This document shows, in pieces, positions 10,161 through 24,800 of a DNA stretch of 64,000 bases. Each line of letters opens with the position of its first letter. Position 1 is the first letter of the stretch. Where the stretch lies: assembly GCA_051294905.1 (NCBI GenBank), contig CM119378.1, positions 11,160,001 to 11,224,000 on the forward strand, in the 5' to 3' direction. The DNA comes from Botryllus schlosseri. Taxonomy: Eukaryota. A model generated the notes under the pieces. That model saw only the letters and a list, made by a program, of their open reading frames with translations. It was not told where the DNA came from and ran no database searches. The position numbers were made by a program, and so were the translations under genes.

Positions 10161-12956
10161 AGGAATATTGTAGGGCTGGGCTTGTTAAATATTCCAATTA
10201 TGACTTGGAACAGTGTTGTCAGTTATGGTTTATTTGATGGTATAATTTAAGGACTGCTGTTTTGCATAACCCTCTGTACATATATACAGCATATTCGGTA
10301 TTTTCAAGAACCAATCTGCTTGGTTGTCACAATGCTGAATCCGGCTGAACTATATATATTTAATCGAGTCAGTTTATCGAACCATATTTGAGATTCGGAA
10401 AATTTTCCCAACATCTATAATGTATAAACATCGTTGACATATAATTGCATTGAGAGCGGTTAAAACTCAAACAATGCGTTAGCCACCCGGTTCAAGATTC
10501 CGAATTCGTCGCACCCCACAAAGAACGAGGCTTATTGCCAAAATAACCCCATCAATCGCGTTATCGCCTGCGCAGAATAAGCCCCGGAATAGTTCAATTT
10601 ATCAGGTAAACACGAGAGCGCTTAAAGCTCGCATTCGGATGAGCAACGTTTGAGCAGTATCGCTTTACCAAATAAGTCTTGGCAATTATTGTCTGCTGGA
10701 AGCTTCTGCAAATCGAATCGAATCGAATAGGGGGTATTGTGATGACTCCTGTGAGGTGATGCCCGTTGTACTTGATTTTTAATACATATGAAGTTCGCCT
10801 CTGTAACTGCTTGGTAACTATATGTTGCGCTATAAATTACGCAACCTCATAAACCTTCACTATTTGCTTAAGCTGAATTTTTATCAAGCTTTCAAGGTAT
10901 TGAGGTTTTCAATCAAGCACTTCAGCTTAACTTACAACAACGTCTAATTTTACTTCGTGCCGTATGGATGTGAAATGTATGCACCATCTGATTCGTTGTG
11001 TTCCAGGGGAGAAGTTCTTTCGATATCAAACCCGCGTGATTGATTTTAAATTCCATTACATCGCGTCCCATTTCATTATTGTTGGGGTTTGTCTATGTGT
11101 TTCCGATTCGCAAACAGCTCATGAAAATATCAGCCCACTCGAACGTTGCAATCTGATAAAATCTGATGTCGTGGCGTCGCCCGAAGGTAATGCGCGGCGC
11201 CGACGCAATTTCTGTCATTGGTGACGATGCGGCGTTATAGGATAATTGGATGACAGTAGCGGTCGCGGTCTTCCAACTCACGTCAGTCAGGCCGATTTCC
11301 TTTCTTCGGAAAATGAGGTGCGCTGCAGACTTTGAAGTAGCGTATACGTGACTAATCATAATATTCGGAATATTGACTATATCTCATGCTAGTTAACGTT
11401 TTTTATAGCATATATGTTGATTTAACGGCCTTACAATTACTGCTAAGTTGCTACTTGAGATGAGCATGGATCCGGATTTCTAACCCGGCTCGTATCGGAT
11501 ATTTTCGCGAAAATAGATTGAGATTGTGACATGGAATTTAAAACAATTCTGAATTTTCTTGGGAACTTTCATTGAATTCGATACAATACCGGACTTATAG
11601 ACCTGAACTTGGGCTTGAAAATGTGATCACGTGTTGTTGGCTACCGTCCGCAGTTTCATCGCATGACACAGACACGAATTTGTGTGTATGAGAGAAAATA
11701 TGTCCCCTATCTGCTTCGCAATATTTTGAAATGAATTTTTTTACGGTTCCCTCACACCTAGACCTATAGTTTCAAGACTAAAAAAAACATTTCGGCGCCC
11801 GCCAACCGAACGATGTAACCAATTACCTATATGACTGCTACATTCCGATTCCAAAAGCCGGGATATTGCGCTATAATTGAAGGGTGCGGTGTGTCAATAT
11901 TTTGTCGTTAGTGTTGCGATAACCCGGTCGTCACAGATTGCTTGTCACTCACTCTCTGACGTAACAATCTCTTCGAGAATCATTGTAAGTTGCAAGTGCC
12001 TCCACCTTGACGGAAGTACCGGTCGGCATTCCGTGGTGCCTTAACATAATCTTTGCGGCGAGATTCGATAGTCTGACAAGATCTCTGACAGAGTCCACTT
12101 TGTTTTTACGTTTTCTCGGAACCAGCACGCTGTTAGGTATCTCAAAACTACCACCAGAAAACTTATACACGACCGTTTTTGGTGTTGTACAGGTTTACCG
12201 TTTAGTCACATCCTCCCGCTCCAAATTGAAGTGTGGTGGCGATACTTACGATGTACGCTTGTACTTATGTCTCACCTAAATGGATAGTCGCGTTTGAAGG
12301 TGTGTTGACACTACAGTAGATAGGCCTATACTAATTAAAATGATGTATGCCATATCGGTGTTTGGCTTCCCTTAGAATCTTCGAAATAAATCCATAACGT
12401 TTAAATCAATGAAGGAGTTTGTAGACTTTAAATTCGGGGAATACGCTACCGTAGTTATTTATCGTATAAGGAAACCGGCCTCAACTGATATCAAGTACTG
12501 TGCGGGTACGTTCCTTTCGTGGTGTTGCACATATATTGCTATGCTCCGCGATTCTGTTTGAGAGCATTCGCCCTATCGCGCCCAATGTTGATATGCGATC
12601 AGATACGGCTTGTTTGCGGTAGATACCGAGTCAATACTCGAAACGCCAGTTGAAGCTAGGTTTTGGTCGAAGATTTCCTGTCGCGCAAATTAAAGTGATT
12701 AGCGCGCTTTGTTTTCGTCATACCGGACGCGCGATATCGCCTCTTATTTGCTGTCGATCTTGCGCTATTTGCTCGATTTGAGTTATAAAAAAGATACGAA
12801 CATATCAAATGACAGGCTAACGCTAAGTTGTCTGGTCTATGCTCGTTATGTTGTATATCGCGGCAACCTACGTACGCGTGTGAGTGTACACTGTACAGTA
12901 CACTGTACGCAGCTTCACTTCACACAGCATATAAACTTGATACGGTTTGTCCTGGC

Positions 12957-12995
12957 ATATACTATACTATACTATACTATACTATACTATACTAT
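12957..12995 (+). repeat. (ATACT)n microsatellite
   Basis: About 7 tandem ATACT units directly left of a hAT insertion. Confidence 0.9.
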
Positions 12996-12999
12996 ATAT

Positions 13000-13959
13000 C
13001 AGTGTTGGGATGACTCGAGTCATGACTTGACTCGAGTCAGACTCGAGTCACCTTTTTCGTATGACTTGACTTGACTCGAGTCACTTTGCTAAAATGACTT
13101 GAATTGACTTGACTCGGCGTATCAGAAATGTGGATTGACTCGTGACTCGGAGCAAAATGCACAAGTCAATTTCAAGTCATCAAGTAAAAATCATCTTATC
13201 TTGCATCTTGCATCTTGTTCGCCAAACTTTTGTGTAACCCATGAGAGCGACCGATCATTAAATGATCGTGCGTTTCACTGAGCCCCCAATATTCTCCCAC
13301 AAAGATATTGACCACAAACAAAGTGATCGAAGCTACAGCTTACGTTGTCGTAAACTAGAAGTAAAGTAATTTCATAGCAAAATATATATTTGTGTTCTCT
13401 GTTCTTACCTTAACCGAACCTCTTGTTTTATTGAAATTGTAATCGAATATAGTTTATATACTCCTCAACCATCGGCGAAGACTTGAATTGTATAATATCA
13501 ATATGTATAAATGGGTAATGTATTGCATCTTCTCAATTCGTTTCTCGATTCTCTATCTTGGCTGGTAACTATAAAATGAGGCTATGCAATTACTTACGTA
13601 GTTCAATAGTTCTATGTTTATGTGAGCGATACAGCCCCTTATTGCATGTATATTCAACTCTATATTCGTTCATCGGTTCAGAATCAATGACCAATCAATC
13701 TGTTATTCAGAGACCTAGTGAAATGCAATGACGTAATCATGCTTGATATTTCTAAAAGGCAACTTGACTTGAATTTTGACATGACTCGTGACTTGACTTG
13801 ACTTGACTCGACTTGACTCGAGTCACCTCCAAAAATCGACTGACTTGACTTGACTCGAGTCACTTTCGAAAATCGATTGACTTGACTTGACTCGAGTCAA
13901 AATGTGCAATGACTCGAAATGACTCGTGACTCGAAGGTAGTGACTTGATCCCAACACTG
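13000..13959. mobile_element. Non-autonomous hAT element (960 bp, CAGTG termini)
   Basis: TIR CAGTGTTGGGA...TCCCAACACTG. Perfect 8-bp TSD CTATATAT. Dense subterminal GACTCGAGTC / GACTT repeats at both ends. Confidence 0.92.
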
Positions 13960-15794
13960 CTATATATGTGTAAGAGAAATCAAATATCACGGGCATATAG
14001 TCGGGAAGTCCATCTTATGTCACCTCTCATTGATTTGCATATTGTGACTTCACTAAACGTGGCAGGCTGGTATCCGGTATTATAACTCAAAATCGATCAT
14101 ATTTTCCACTCCCGAATGGTAAGTCACTTATAACGCCTGAATACCGCATCAAATGTGAGAATTCGGTGTGAACCGCTGCTATTTTGACTCCATTTTCTCA
14201 AATTTGACCTGGTTGGAAATGCTTGTTTTGTGGTCGACACTCGGCGCGCCAATGCGCTGCGTTCTTATCCTATTTGATGTGTGGTTTCGTCAAAATAAAG
14301 CAAACTTTCCGAGGAGTGTCGATATCTAAAATCGAGTGCCCGTCATATCGGATTCGATCAATATCCAAACACTTGAAATTCGCAACAGAAATACGTTAAC
14401 TTGCACAAAAGACTTTTTGAAGGACTGGGATATCCTATTATGAGAATGATTAAAGATTATTTAATAACCTTTGTTATCCGAGTGCTTTATACTATTCAGC
14501 TGTGATTACATAAGTCGGAATAGATAGAATCACGCGAAATTAGGAAATATCCAATGAATTAATCGCAATGTCATAAGAACTATGTTTTTTTATCACCAAC
14601 CGTTACGAGGAAATTCTAGTTGTTATTTCCGCGATTTCATGATGGCTGGTACCATGAAATTGTAGAATCATAGCGATCAAAAGCTGTCATTATCGTGGTA
14701 ACTAGAGTTGCACTTGAAACAAACCGTGTTTAACCACACTGGTTTGTAACATGCGTAAAGCAATGCTTTAAACAAAGGCCTTTCAAAAATAGCATTGAGT
14801 GTGTGTATTATAAGTGGAGATGCTATATTTCACGGTGACCATGGCTGTAAATGAAACAATATAAATGACATGCTTCAAACAATAAAGTTGTTTTAAGCCT
14901 GTGCTTTAAATGCATTACATTCTACACATAATCCTATTAATACCGCAAGGAGAGCAGCTGTATTGCGCCCCATCATTGTATCGATTGTGCTGCTTGAAAG
15001 ACCGTGGAATAATATTACTTAAGGCCAATATACATAGGTCGCATTGCCATCCCAATTCGAATCAACAACTAGTGGCCTGCTTGACGTTTTACGTATCACC
15101 GGCAAGTTGAATACTTTATTTGCATGAAACGTGTATGCCCAGGTGGCTCAGACATTCACATTTAATATCTAGCTACGAAGGAACCGCATTGACCGCTGAT
15201 TGTTATTTGATTACCGTTCTGGTTCAGTTCATTTATTTTCTTGCGGTGAGCGATTGAAAAGTTCGTGTACGTTAAAGAGTAACTATCATCCTTAAATTTA
15301 TTTGAGCGAGCGAACCTAGGTTACACTACGCAATGGTTTTTGTTGTGAATGCTTAATTATTATGCGGGTCGTGGTGGAAGCCGCAGAACCACTTGAAGTT
15401 TTGTTTCAGTTTGCATACTTCCAACGCCAACTGCTATTTTCAGAGACCTGAGCTTGAACAACATCTCCCGAATCGCAGCGGACTCTTTTGAAGAACTCAG
15501 ACAACTGAAAACTCTGTGAGTTTGCTCGCTTGTTTGTATTTTACGATCCATCAACCGCTGATATAAAGAACGTGAAATTATACGACGCGATAAAAAAACA
15601 ATCTAGAGCTTCACTATATAGTCCAAGCAGAAGATGGACCGATTACATTTCAGTAATTGTTTCGGATTGATTATTATTAATTCGTGTGTGCTCTGAAATC
15701 CATTTTGGCGCGATTATCCAAAAGTATTCCTATGAAGTCTCACGACTCAAGGAATATGTTTCCACATACTTTCTTGGATGTCATACAATTATGT

Positions 15795-15960
15795 GGCGAG
15801 ATAGCGCAGTGGTATAATCCGCAGCTGCAACACCAATGGGTTGCGGGTTCGAGTCCGACCGAGGTCGACTTCAGAATTCCTGCCTAAGTTTCGGAGGTTT
15901 ATATAGGCTCCTCCTCGTCACCTCATCCGCGTAAGCGGTGTCTTACAAAAAGCCTAGAAG
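15795..15960 (+). mobile_element. tRNA-derived SINE (head and core)
   Basis: Pol III A box TAGCGCAGTGG (15802-15812) and B box GGTTCGAGTCC (15846-15856). The acceptor and anticodon stems do not pair, so it is not a functional tRNA. Confidence 0.65.
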
Positions 15961-18844
15961 TGAGCCGTGCTGCATGTCGGCAGATACGAAATCAAAAATG
16001 CAGAAAATCGGCCTGGTGTAAATTACCGTTGTAGTCGACAAACACCATGAATACCTCAAACAAACAAACATTTCATACAATTAAACATCAATATTAAAAT
16101 ACTAAAATATTTGTTATTTTCTTGCACAAAAACGAACTTGAAAAAGTTTTGTCATTAAATCGCGATTTGTGATTTTTTGATAGGATGATGAATAAATGAA
16201 TAAAGGGCACTTGACGAACAAGGCTTGTAAGTGAACGCACGTAAATATTTTCCCTGTGAGAACAACGTGCCCTATGATACAATACACTGCTAAATACCAT
16301 ATCCTTAATCAGTAAGACCACAGCGATAACGAAACCAACGGTAGATTAGCTTTACATTATGAATTTGGAATTATTAAATCTCAGGAACACAACAATACGA
16401 GGATTGCAAAAAAAGCTTGAGATTTTGAAATCCAATCGCCACTTCATTTACATGGTGAACTTTTACACTATTAATTATAGGGTTTTTAACGGTTTATTTT
16501 TACACGGCTGCATTGTGTATAACGATGTCTAAAATATTTCGTGTTGCTTTATTTGAGAACCCCGGAATTAGAGGACATGTGTCTATGTGTCTTGTCTATG
16601 ATGTAGGTTCATATATTTTTAAAGTTGTAGGATGTTAAATTACGTAACTGGCCGTCATACGTAATATAACTCAAGGTAACTTAGCCGCATGGGAAAAGCT
16701 TGCAAGTCTCAACCTTTATCGGGATATACGCAATGCAAAACCGGTAATAGAATCGCGTCTAGGTGATAGCCGGCTGTTGTTGTTTACTGGTAGGCGAACA
16801 GATGACCGCTTTGTTGAGAAAACTGTATACTCGATGATGAATTGAACTTGCAGTTTAGAGGGTTTGCCAGTCACACAATATCTCGTGTTTTGTTGTAAAC
16901 AAGTAAACGAACAGAGTTATATAACTTTGCGGCGTTTCTGTCCCTTTCCCATCATCATTTTAGGAAGTTCATTGTTCCGTTGATATAATTTTACATCCCG
17001 CAAATAGGATACAGCGCAGGCGCCAACGGGGTAGACTAAATTCGTTCACGAGGTACGCGGTCTTGAAGTATCGCTTCCCCGTAACTAAAGCCGGTTGCAC
17101 AGAGTATCTCAGGCATGATTGTTTTTGCAAGATAGTGCACACTAATCAAATTATTCAAGCGGAAGTAGACGTAACGCCGATAATTTCTATTCTAGTACAA
17201 GTAGAAGTTGCGATATTTTAGATATTTCAAAAGTACTTCAAATGTAAGTAGAGAAGGAAAGATATGAAAATTACTCCGTTAAGTATTTTTAAAATGTAGG
17301 TTCGGTCGAGGGGCGCATACTCTTAGCTGTTGATCGGCGGAGGCGGCTACTTTTCAAATAGCAAGATTTAAATTCGCGACACTACAAATGTAGGTTCAAT
17401 CTTCCAAAATATATGCAGATACTGCGATAAGGCGTTATATTTCACGCGGTTCTTACGACAATTTCACTCTGGAGATAGACGAAAACGTATCACAAATAGG
17501 GTTTGCACCCATCGTAGTTGACGTATATACGATGTGTAGTGGCTGGTACCATCGAAATCGTCGTCGGTTCAACAGTTAAAGCAAGTAGATATTGATCATT
17601 GTTACGGAATCGGTGCTCTGATGATGATGACGCCGGCCGTAAAAATGCTGCATAACGATGTTAACATGATTAAATATATATATTATTGGTCTGTTTATGA
17701 CAGTGGTCGGAAGCCCTTTTCGTCGAAGGAGCCATATTTACCCTATCGTTTCAATAGTCAATACCAATCCACTGTGACGTGCCATTAAAGATTGGTGACG
17801 TCATGGCCAAAAACAACAATAAAAACAATAGCAGCATGTTTTAAACATGATTGTTGTCAGTTGATTTTTGTTTTAAATACAACCCTAATCACAAAACTGA
17901 TTTCCACTTTACAAAATTCAAAGTGTAATCTAAAAAACTGTAGTAGAAGTGGAAGTAGTCAAAAAACATAGCTGAACATAAGTATTCAAGTAGGTAGAAC
18001 ATAATTAAATAGTCGGTACAAGTAGAAGTACTGCGTTACTGGTCACCTCTCCCTGCGAAGAGCAATTATTCTCCAGTACGATTTACCCTCAAATGATTAA
18101 CGGTGTCGACTTCAAATTAATATGTGCCTCCTACTTTCCTGATGAGGCTTTAGCGTTAACGCCGCCATAAAATGCCGCACAGTGCACAGTGTTGAAAAAG
18201 CGTGCAACTCGCCAGCTCTTTATCTCGGCTAATATGATTTATCGGGACTTTGCCTGTGGATTGCTCCGATAACCTGTTGGATAAGCGCGAATGTATCGTG
18301 AAATCGTTTAACACTAGAGAGAGGTCATTTGGCGTGATATGATCCGATTATGTGCCGAAGCTATACTTCACACGTTGTTTCTTCTATTTTGAAAACAATC
18401 AAGTTTCAATATTGCCTGGCATATAGTGCTGCACTGTACCCTTAGCAAAAGACTGTGTATTCACACTCATGTACAACCCATGATATACGGGTGTGAATAT
18501 ACACCTACGCTATGGTACACCAAACCAAAACCTACCTCAGACTTATAAGTACACACCATGAAATAAATCGAAGAAAACATTTTAATCCAAATGATGCTTG
18601 CGCATTGACGTAAGAAGGTATGCACGTAGGCACGTAGGACTTACGGATTTGGGACTTAAAATTAGGACTTGAAACTTAAAGTTAAGACTTAAATGAGATA
18701 TAATTCTGAGTTAGGTTCTGTTGTCGTGTACCGCCTGTTGTGTGTGGATAGTGTGTGGACTTTTCGCTAGGACTGTGTAACTGTGTACTAGAACTGTGAG
18801 TTTACGCGGAAAAGAAGTCCTAATCATGTACTTTCCCATTGCAG

Positions 18845-21800
18845 TCACCTATCTGGGAATAAGCTGAGAGAGTTTCCTCAAAACGTATTCAGCTCGTTGA
18901 AGAAATTGGAAATTCTGTAAGTACTAATGTAATATTCACTGTGCCCTTTTGGCTAAATATCCAGCCGGTATTTCAAAAGAAATCTCATTATCGTCAATTT
19001 GAATTAACAGATTGAGGCTCCTATAAGGAACATAATATCGGAAATAAAACCTGTACGCCAACCCCGACGATCCAAATACCGTAGTTTTGTTTGCACTCAT
19101 TCATGTTCACCTGTCACCGACATTGACAAATTACTCAGAAAACCTCTATTGAAAAATGAAGTCAATTAAACGATATATCTCAAAACGCGCAGGTGGCCCT
19201 CCTTTCATACCGCGCCGAATGTTTTTCGTTATCCAGAAGGAAAAATACTTGTCAGCATTCATCAAAAGGATCGCAAAAATATACACGGGTGCCGCGTTTC
19301 ACTGATGGATTCGCTTATTAGTCTTCAATACGTTATTGATAGAAGACGATAATGATCCGGTTTTATTGGCGCATTGTTGCAAGTTACGGCGAATCGGTTG
19401 AAGGCGTATTTGAAATCGGTCGCCGATAATGCTACTGCAAAGGTGTGCCAATCACTGTTATTTCCTGATTGACTAAAGCAACACGCGTCGTTACCCATTT
19501 ACAAGTAAAATCCGTGACCGTTTAACATGCCAAATGGACCACGGATCGCGGGAAGTGAATGAATCCGCGTGAAAAGAATCGGTGCTCGAGACATTGTCAA
19601 GACAGCACGCCCTCCATTAAAGCCATAACAAATATGTTGATTAACCAAACAAAACATTTATTGAATTGCGGCCCGCAGCACCGACCGTGCCTGTCAACGC
19701 GCGGCGGAAACTAAAGTCAAGCTTATGTCCGCTACGGTAATACAATACATCGGAAACAGCACGAAAAATATACTCTCTGATCAAACATTCCAAAGTCGTG
19801 GTGTCAATTCTGGATCGGTGTATAGGATGTTTGTACCGCCAAGTAGTGAATTTGATTTTGCTTTTATACAGCCTGCGATTTGTATTAGCTTCCTCAGTGA
19901 AGTTGGAGGGTCGGGTGCTTGTGAGCAATATTTGTAAACCAAAAATGATTACGATCATTGCAATCGTAAAGCATATTTTTATTACACAATAATTTTCGGT
20001 GTGCGTGTGTGGCCGATATTTATTCGAAAGTTATAGCCGAACTAGTTCGTTAATTTTATGAAGACTAATATTATTTGACAATAAAAAGAGTCTCGTGGCG
20101 TGTATCATAATTTTACGAGTGTGGCGGTTGAGAAAATATTGTAAAATTTATATTTTCCTTGTTGATACTTCGCCACGCGCCTCGGCAGTCTATCCATCAA
20201 TGTCTTATTTTCGATTTATCGCCAACGCGTATTGTTTGCTGAGAGTGTATAATATATCTATGCTATGTGTGAAATGGCTGGATTTTCAACCGAGAGAAGT
20301 CCATTTGCTCTGTTGCATAGTGTTAGCTGGGGCTCTAACAATTCTTTCAAGGGGCGTGGTGTAGATACCCACAATGTAATGTAAACAGAAAAGATTGAGT
20401 TGAGACCGCGGTGCGCTACTGGTTGAATTATGAGAGGCGGTTTTGTAATTCCTTAGAGTGTATGCCAGCGAAATATGTCCGGCACGGCGTTAATTCGCAG
20501 CTTCGTTGATTTGCTCGCAAAGAAAACGATGTATTTGTCGAAGGAACGCTTGTGTGTGGATGATTCATATTTCTCAAACATGTCGAACTATATTTGTCAC
20601 ACGTAATTTGACATCAAATATGATTTGTGATTTTATTGACTGTAAGAGAGATACTATAAAACGGATTGTCTCTATTTTGTATGAATATGTCGGGCTAAAT
20701 GTTTAGAGTCCGCAAGTTTGAGTGGCGGAGTGCTTTTTCTCTCCCCGTGGCTATAAGCCAATGATGGCGTAGTGGCATCAGGCGTGGTCAACGTAGCCAA
20801 CATTGCTACTCATAAGTACAAGTATGTAACGCCGTAAATTTCTACTTAATTACAGGTTTAAGTAGCCATTTTCGAGACATGTTAAAACTACATCAAGTGT
20901 AAGTCAAAAATGAGTATGAAAACTTTTCGAGCAAATAGATTCGGTACTTATAGCATGTGATCGGAGTTGACTATTTCAAACATTGCAAGACGTAACTTCC
21001 GAACTACGTATCTTCTGATTAGACGCAAAGTAACTGATAATACTACAACAAAATATGCTATTTCACGGGGTTCACGGGTTTCTTGATGCAAACTCATCCC
21101 GAAACCGTCTATACTTTTTCAAAATCCGAGAATTATAACTGGAAGTAGTTGAAAATATAACCAATTCAGTAAGTAAACCTACTTGAGTACCCCAGAAACG
21201 TCGAAGTGCGTAGGTACTGTCTGTGAAGTGACCACATCTGGGTGTCATATGTGATACACTAGCGTTCAATGCATGGCCAGTAGGGCTCTTCAAAAATGAC
21301 TTTTTTTCTCAATCGTACTGGCTACTTGATAAAATTGTTAGGTTACCTAATTTAAGCCTACACACGAAATTTGGTTCAATTCTAGCCAGTAACCGCTTTG
21401 CTACAGGAGATGAAAGTTTCTATTTATTATATAAAAATAAATAATAAAAAATTTGAAAATTTTCTGTTCACCCCTTGAAAGTGTTAGGCTGTCTATAGAA
21501 ACTATGCTCACCAAATTTGGTTCAATCTCAATCACTGGAAGCGGAGTTATTGCCGTCGAAAAATTTGGATTTGAATAAAATAGTATTTACGGTGAGCAGA
21601 ACTATAATAAATAAACAAAGAATCGGTCACCGTAAATACTATTTTATTCAAATCCAAATTTTTCGACTGCAATAACTCCGCTTCCACTGGTTGGAATGGA
21701 ACCAAATTTGGTGAGCATAGTTTCTATAGACAGCCTAACACTTTCAAGGGGTGAACAGAAAATTTTCAAATTTTTATTATTTATTTTTATATAATAAATA

Positions 21801-24800
21801 TAAACTTTCTTCTGTAGCAAAGCGGTTACTGGCTGGAATTGAACCAAATTTTGTGTGTAGGCTTAAATTAGGTAACCTAACAATTTTATCAAGTAGCCAG
21901 TACGATTTGAGAAAAAAGTCATTTTTTGAAGAGCCCTAATGGCCAATCATACTGTTCTATCACAGCTCCTTCAAGGTGTTTTAATGCACTTTGATAAATA
22001 TCAAACGTGATCTCGTCGATATTCTGAGATTTTATCAAGAGTAATCTGTTTACGGGCCCCGCGCAAGCGATGCGAAAGTCAACGGAAGGACTTAATTTTA
22101 AACAAACATTCTCGTCCGAGCGAGATCGTCCTTTCCGTCGCCGCGTCGTAGCACCAATTTTCACCGCTTTGATCTGCGCGCGAAGGTCGATTTAGAGGCG
22201 CATCGAGGGCCGCGTAATCCGCTACGATGGGGCTTGAGCTGATAACGCCGCTATGAGTGCTTCGGCTTGAATAAACTGACTTTCTGGCTCGGATGCCGTG
22301 GATTGTTTGCGGACAGTTTTGACGAAGATTGAATTATAATAATCGCCGAGAGGATTACGAATGACATGATAGACAAACGAGAATGCGGCGGGGTATAGTC
22401 TGGCACCGTGCGTTCGCGAGGTTGTTGTAATAGCTCCGGCGTTTGCTGTGGGTCGCGCTGTTGATTTTTGTGTCCGATTTGATAATTTCGGCGTAGGTGC
22501 GGTGTCGCGCATAGGCTGATGATTTTTTTCTACATTGCACATGTCATACGGCGACTATATACTCCGCATGTTACGTACGAAGGGATTTTTGGGAAAGCGA
22601 GATATTGTTCATCCTCCACTGTGTTTATTCGCTATGACGGACACAACCTACTTTTCGCACCATATAATCATTGTCGAGATCAAATTCTTGCGGTGTGAAT
22701 GTGGCCCGGGATGTAATTAGATTTTTCACATAAAGTCATCGCGCATTGTAAATAAGCCTATCGGTGGAAATGATATTTGATAGTTTCTGAAGGCCCTTCC
22801 TACACCAAGTGATTATTCATTCACGCAGAAGCGTACACTGTAAATAAATGGATGGAAAATAGATATACTAGACTGCACGATAGCGTAGGATGTATATCCA
22901 TCATGCATTCGAATTGGTATGAAAGCCATATTTTGCACCAGAAAGTAGCGCTTGCCTTATTTACGACCTACACTGCGGTTGAAATTTGCGAAATGCGCAA
23001 TATTCGTTTACAGTGCGGGTAATATTTTGAATTCAATGTCCAGGCATTTGCAAGACAACCTTTTGACGACCATACCGGCCAACACCGTGAACAGGTTGCC
23101 GAACTTGAAGGACTTGTGAGTAGCCTTCATCCGAGAGCGCGGATGGGCTAGTCATGCGAACCTTTACATTATAGGAATCTCGGCGCCAACTTCATCTCGT
23201 CAATATCCTCCAACGCGTTCGCGAAACTCGACAAATTGGAGCACTTGTGGCTGGACGCCAATCTGCTGACGGAAATTCCCGCCAGAGCTTTCAAAAGGAC
23301 CCGTGCCATAAAAGCGCTGTAAGTAGGCCTATAGGCTATTTCGGATTTGGCGTGTATGCGACAACCCTGTTTGCACCACCTGACGCCCGTTTCGTACAAA
23401 AATGCGTATGCCAGCAAACGCGTGTATTTAGGTGCGCGTACCAGGTGGGATATCAAATATTATCGTCAATCCACATTTCTAGTAAAAATGGCACAGTATG
23501 GACTTAATTAAGGGTCGTATTTGATTTCATATCTGTATGCAATATGCTCTATCGTTGTATTTTAAAGCCAGTATAGTTTCAAATGAGCCAGTCTTTCGAC
23601 GTCATATCGCACTGGTTCCTGCCGAGCACACGTCTCTTCGTGTCCGTCGCATTTGTATGCTTTAGTTTTCTATTTTGTTGACAGAAACAATACACCGTGA
23701 CTTGTTCACTCTCCTTTCGCGTGTGGTAGAAGACTTGCCTGGCTCCCACCGAGAGGTTATGCTTTCGATAACTGTGCGCTATAATTTACCCGGCGAGACA
23801 TAGGGAAAGGACAAGTGACTGGCGGTATCAGATACTCATTTGCGCCGGAAAAGCTTTCATTGTTCCAATCGTGTCGCGGCACGCGTCGCCGTTGTTATCT
23901 GTAATTATTCTCGTTCCAAAGCATCTCGATACCCTTTGTTACCGCATGTCCCGATGCACACTCTCCCACGTCGGTCTTAGCGTAAAGCCGCAATGCTGAT
24001 AACACTCGCGACCTTATATTCCCAAGTGTTTTGTTTTGCGCATACAGTTTATGCTTACCTCGGGCTAATTGCTAGGCACGGCATGTCTGTCCTCCAATGA
24101 CAGTGTCTTGAAAAATCCGTTGTCGGCATCGGCTTGCGGTACACCGTGCCTCTATGTTGTTAACAAAGCAATTACGAGCTTTTGGTCAATCAGCGTCCCT
24201 ATTTGATCAGGATTTAGAGGGCACGTCTTGATATCAACTCGGAACAAAAGAGTCGTGGCGGTAGGTGGTCAAAGTAGGCAGGGTTGGTATTCAAGTAGAA
24301 ATAGAAGTAACGTCGTAAATTCCTACTCAATTATAAGCAGAAGTAGCGATTTTCATGCTGCAAAACTACTTGAAGTGGAAGTTGAAAACGAAGGTCTGAA
24401 TTGCAATTTTCGAAAATATCTTCAGTTACTGCGGGTCATACGGGAGCTATAACTAGTCAAGTTGTTATGACAATTACACTCCTAAAAAGTATGCAAACAT
24501 AATCCAAAACAGATCTATACTTCACAAACTACAAGCGAGAAGTGCAAGTGTAAGGTTTTGCTTGACAGAATAACTGTAAAGTCGACGTGGAAGTAGTCAA
24601 AAAACATAACCGCATGAGTATGTAGTGCGAGTTCGCAAGACCTACTGGAGTACGCGATAGAGTAGAAAGAGTAGACATATTTCGCTACCGACATGTAGAG
24701 CTCAACGGGTGCAACTGGCAATTTATATAAAAAAAATAACTGAATACTGTGAATTAGAAGTATAAGCTGTCTAAATTCATAACCCCTTCATTATAAGTAG

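Noticed and set aside
12007-12060. LTEVPVGIP, resembling an LRR N-cap
   Set aside because: There is an in-frame stop 21 nt upstream, no convincing splice sites and no flanking Cys pattern.
15135-15245. Candidate LGR signal-peptide exon MPRWLRH...YLITVLVQFIYFLA ending at a GTGAG donor
   Set aside because: Plausible, but I could not link it to an LRRNT exon and there is no homology support.
15795-15870. Possible tRNA gene
   Set aside because: A and B boxes are present, but the acceptor and anticodon stems do not pair. Treated as a SINE head.
23760-24000. Cluster of GATA, Sox, Ets and Tcf-like motifs in an LGR intron
   Set aside because: Short motifs cannot support an enhancer call without cross-species conservation or chromatin data.
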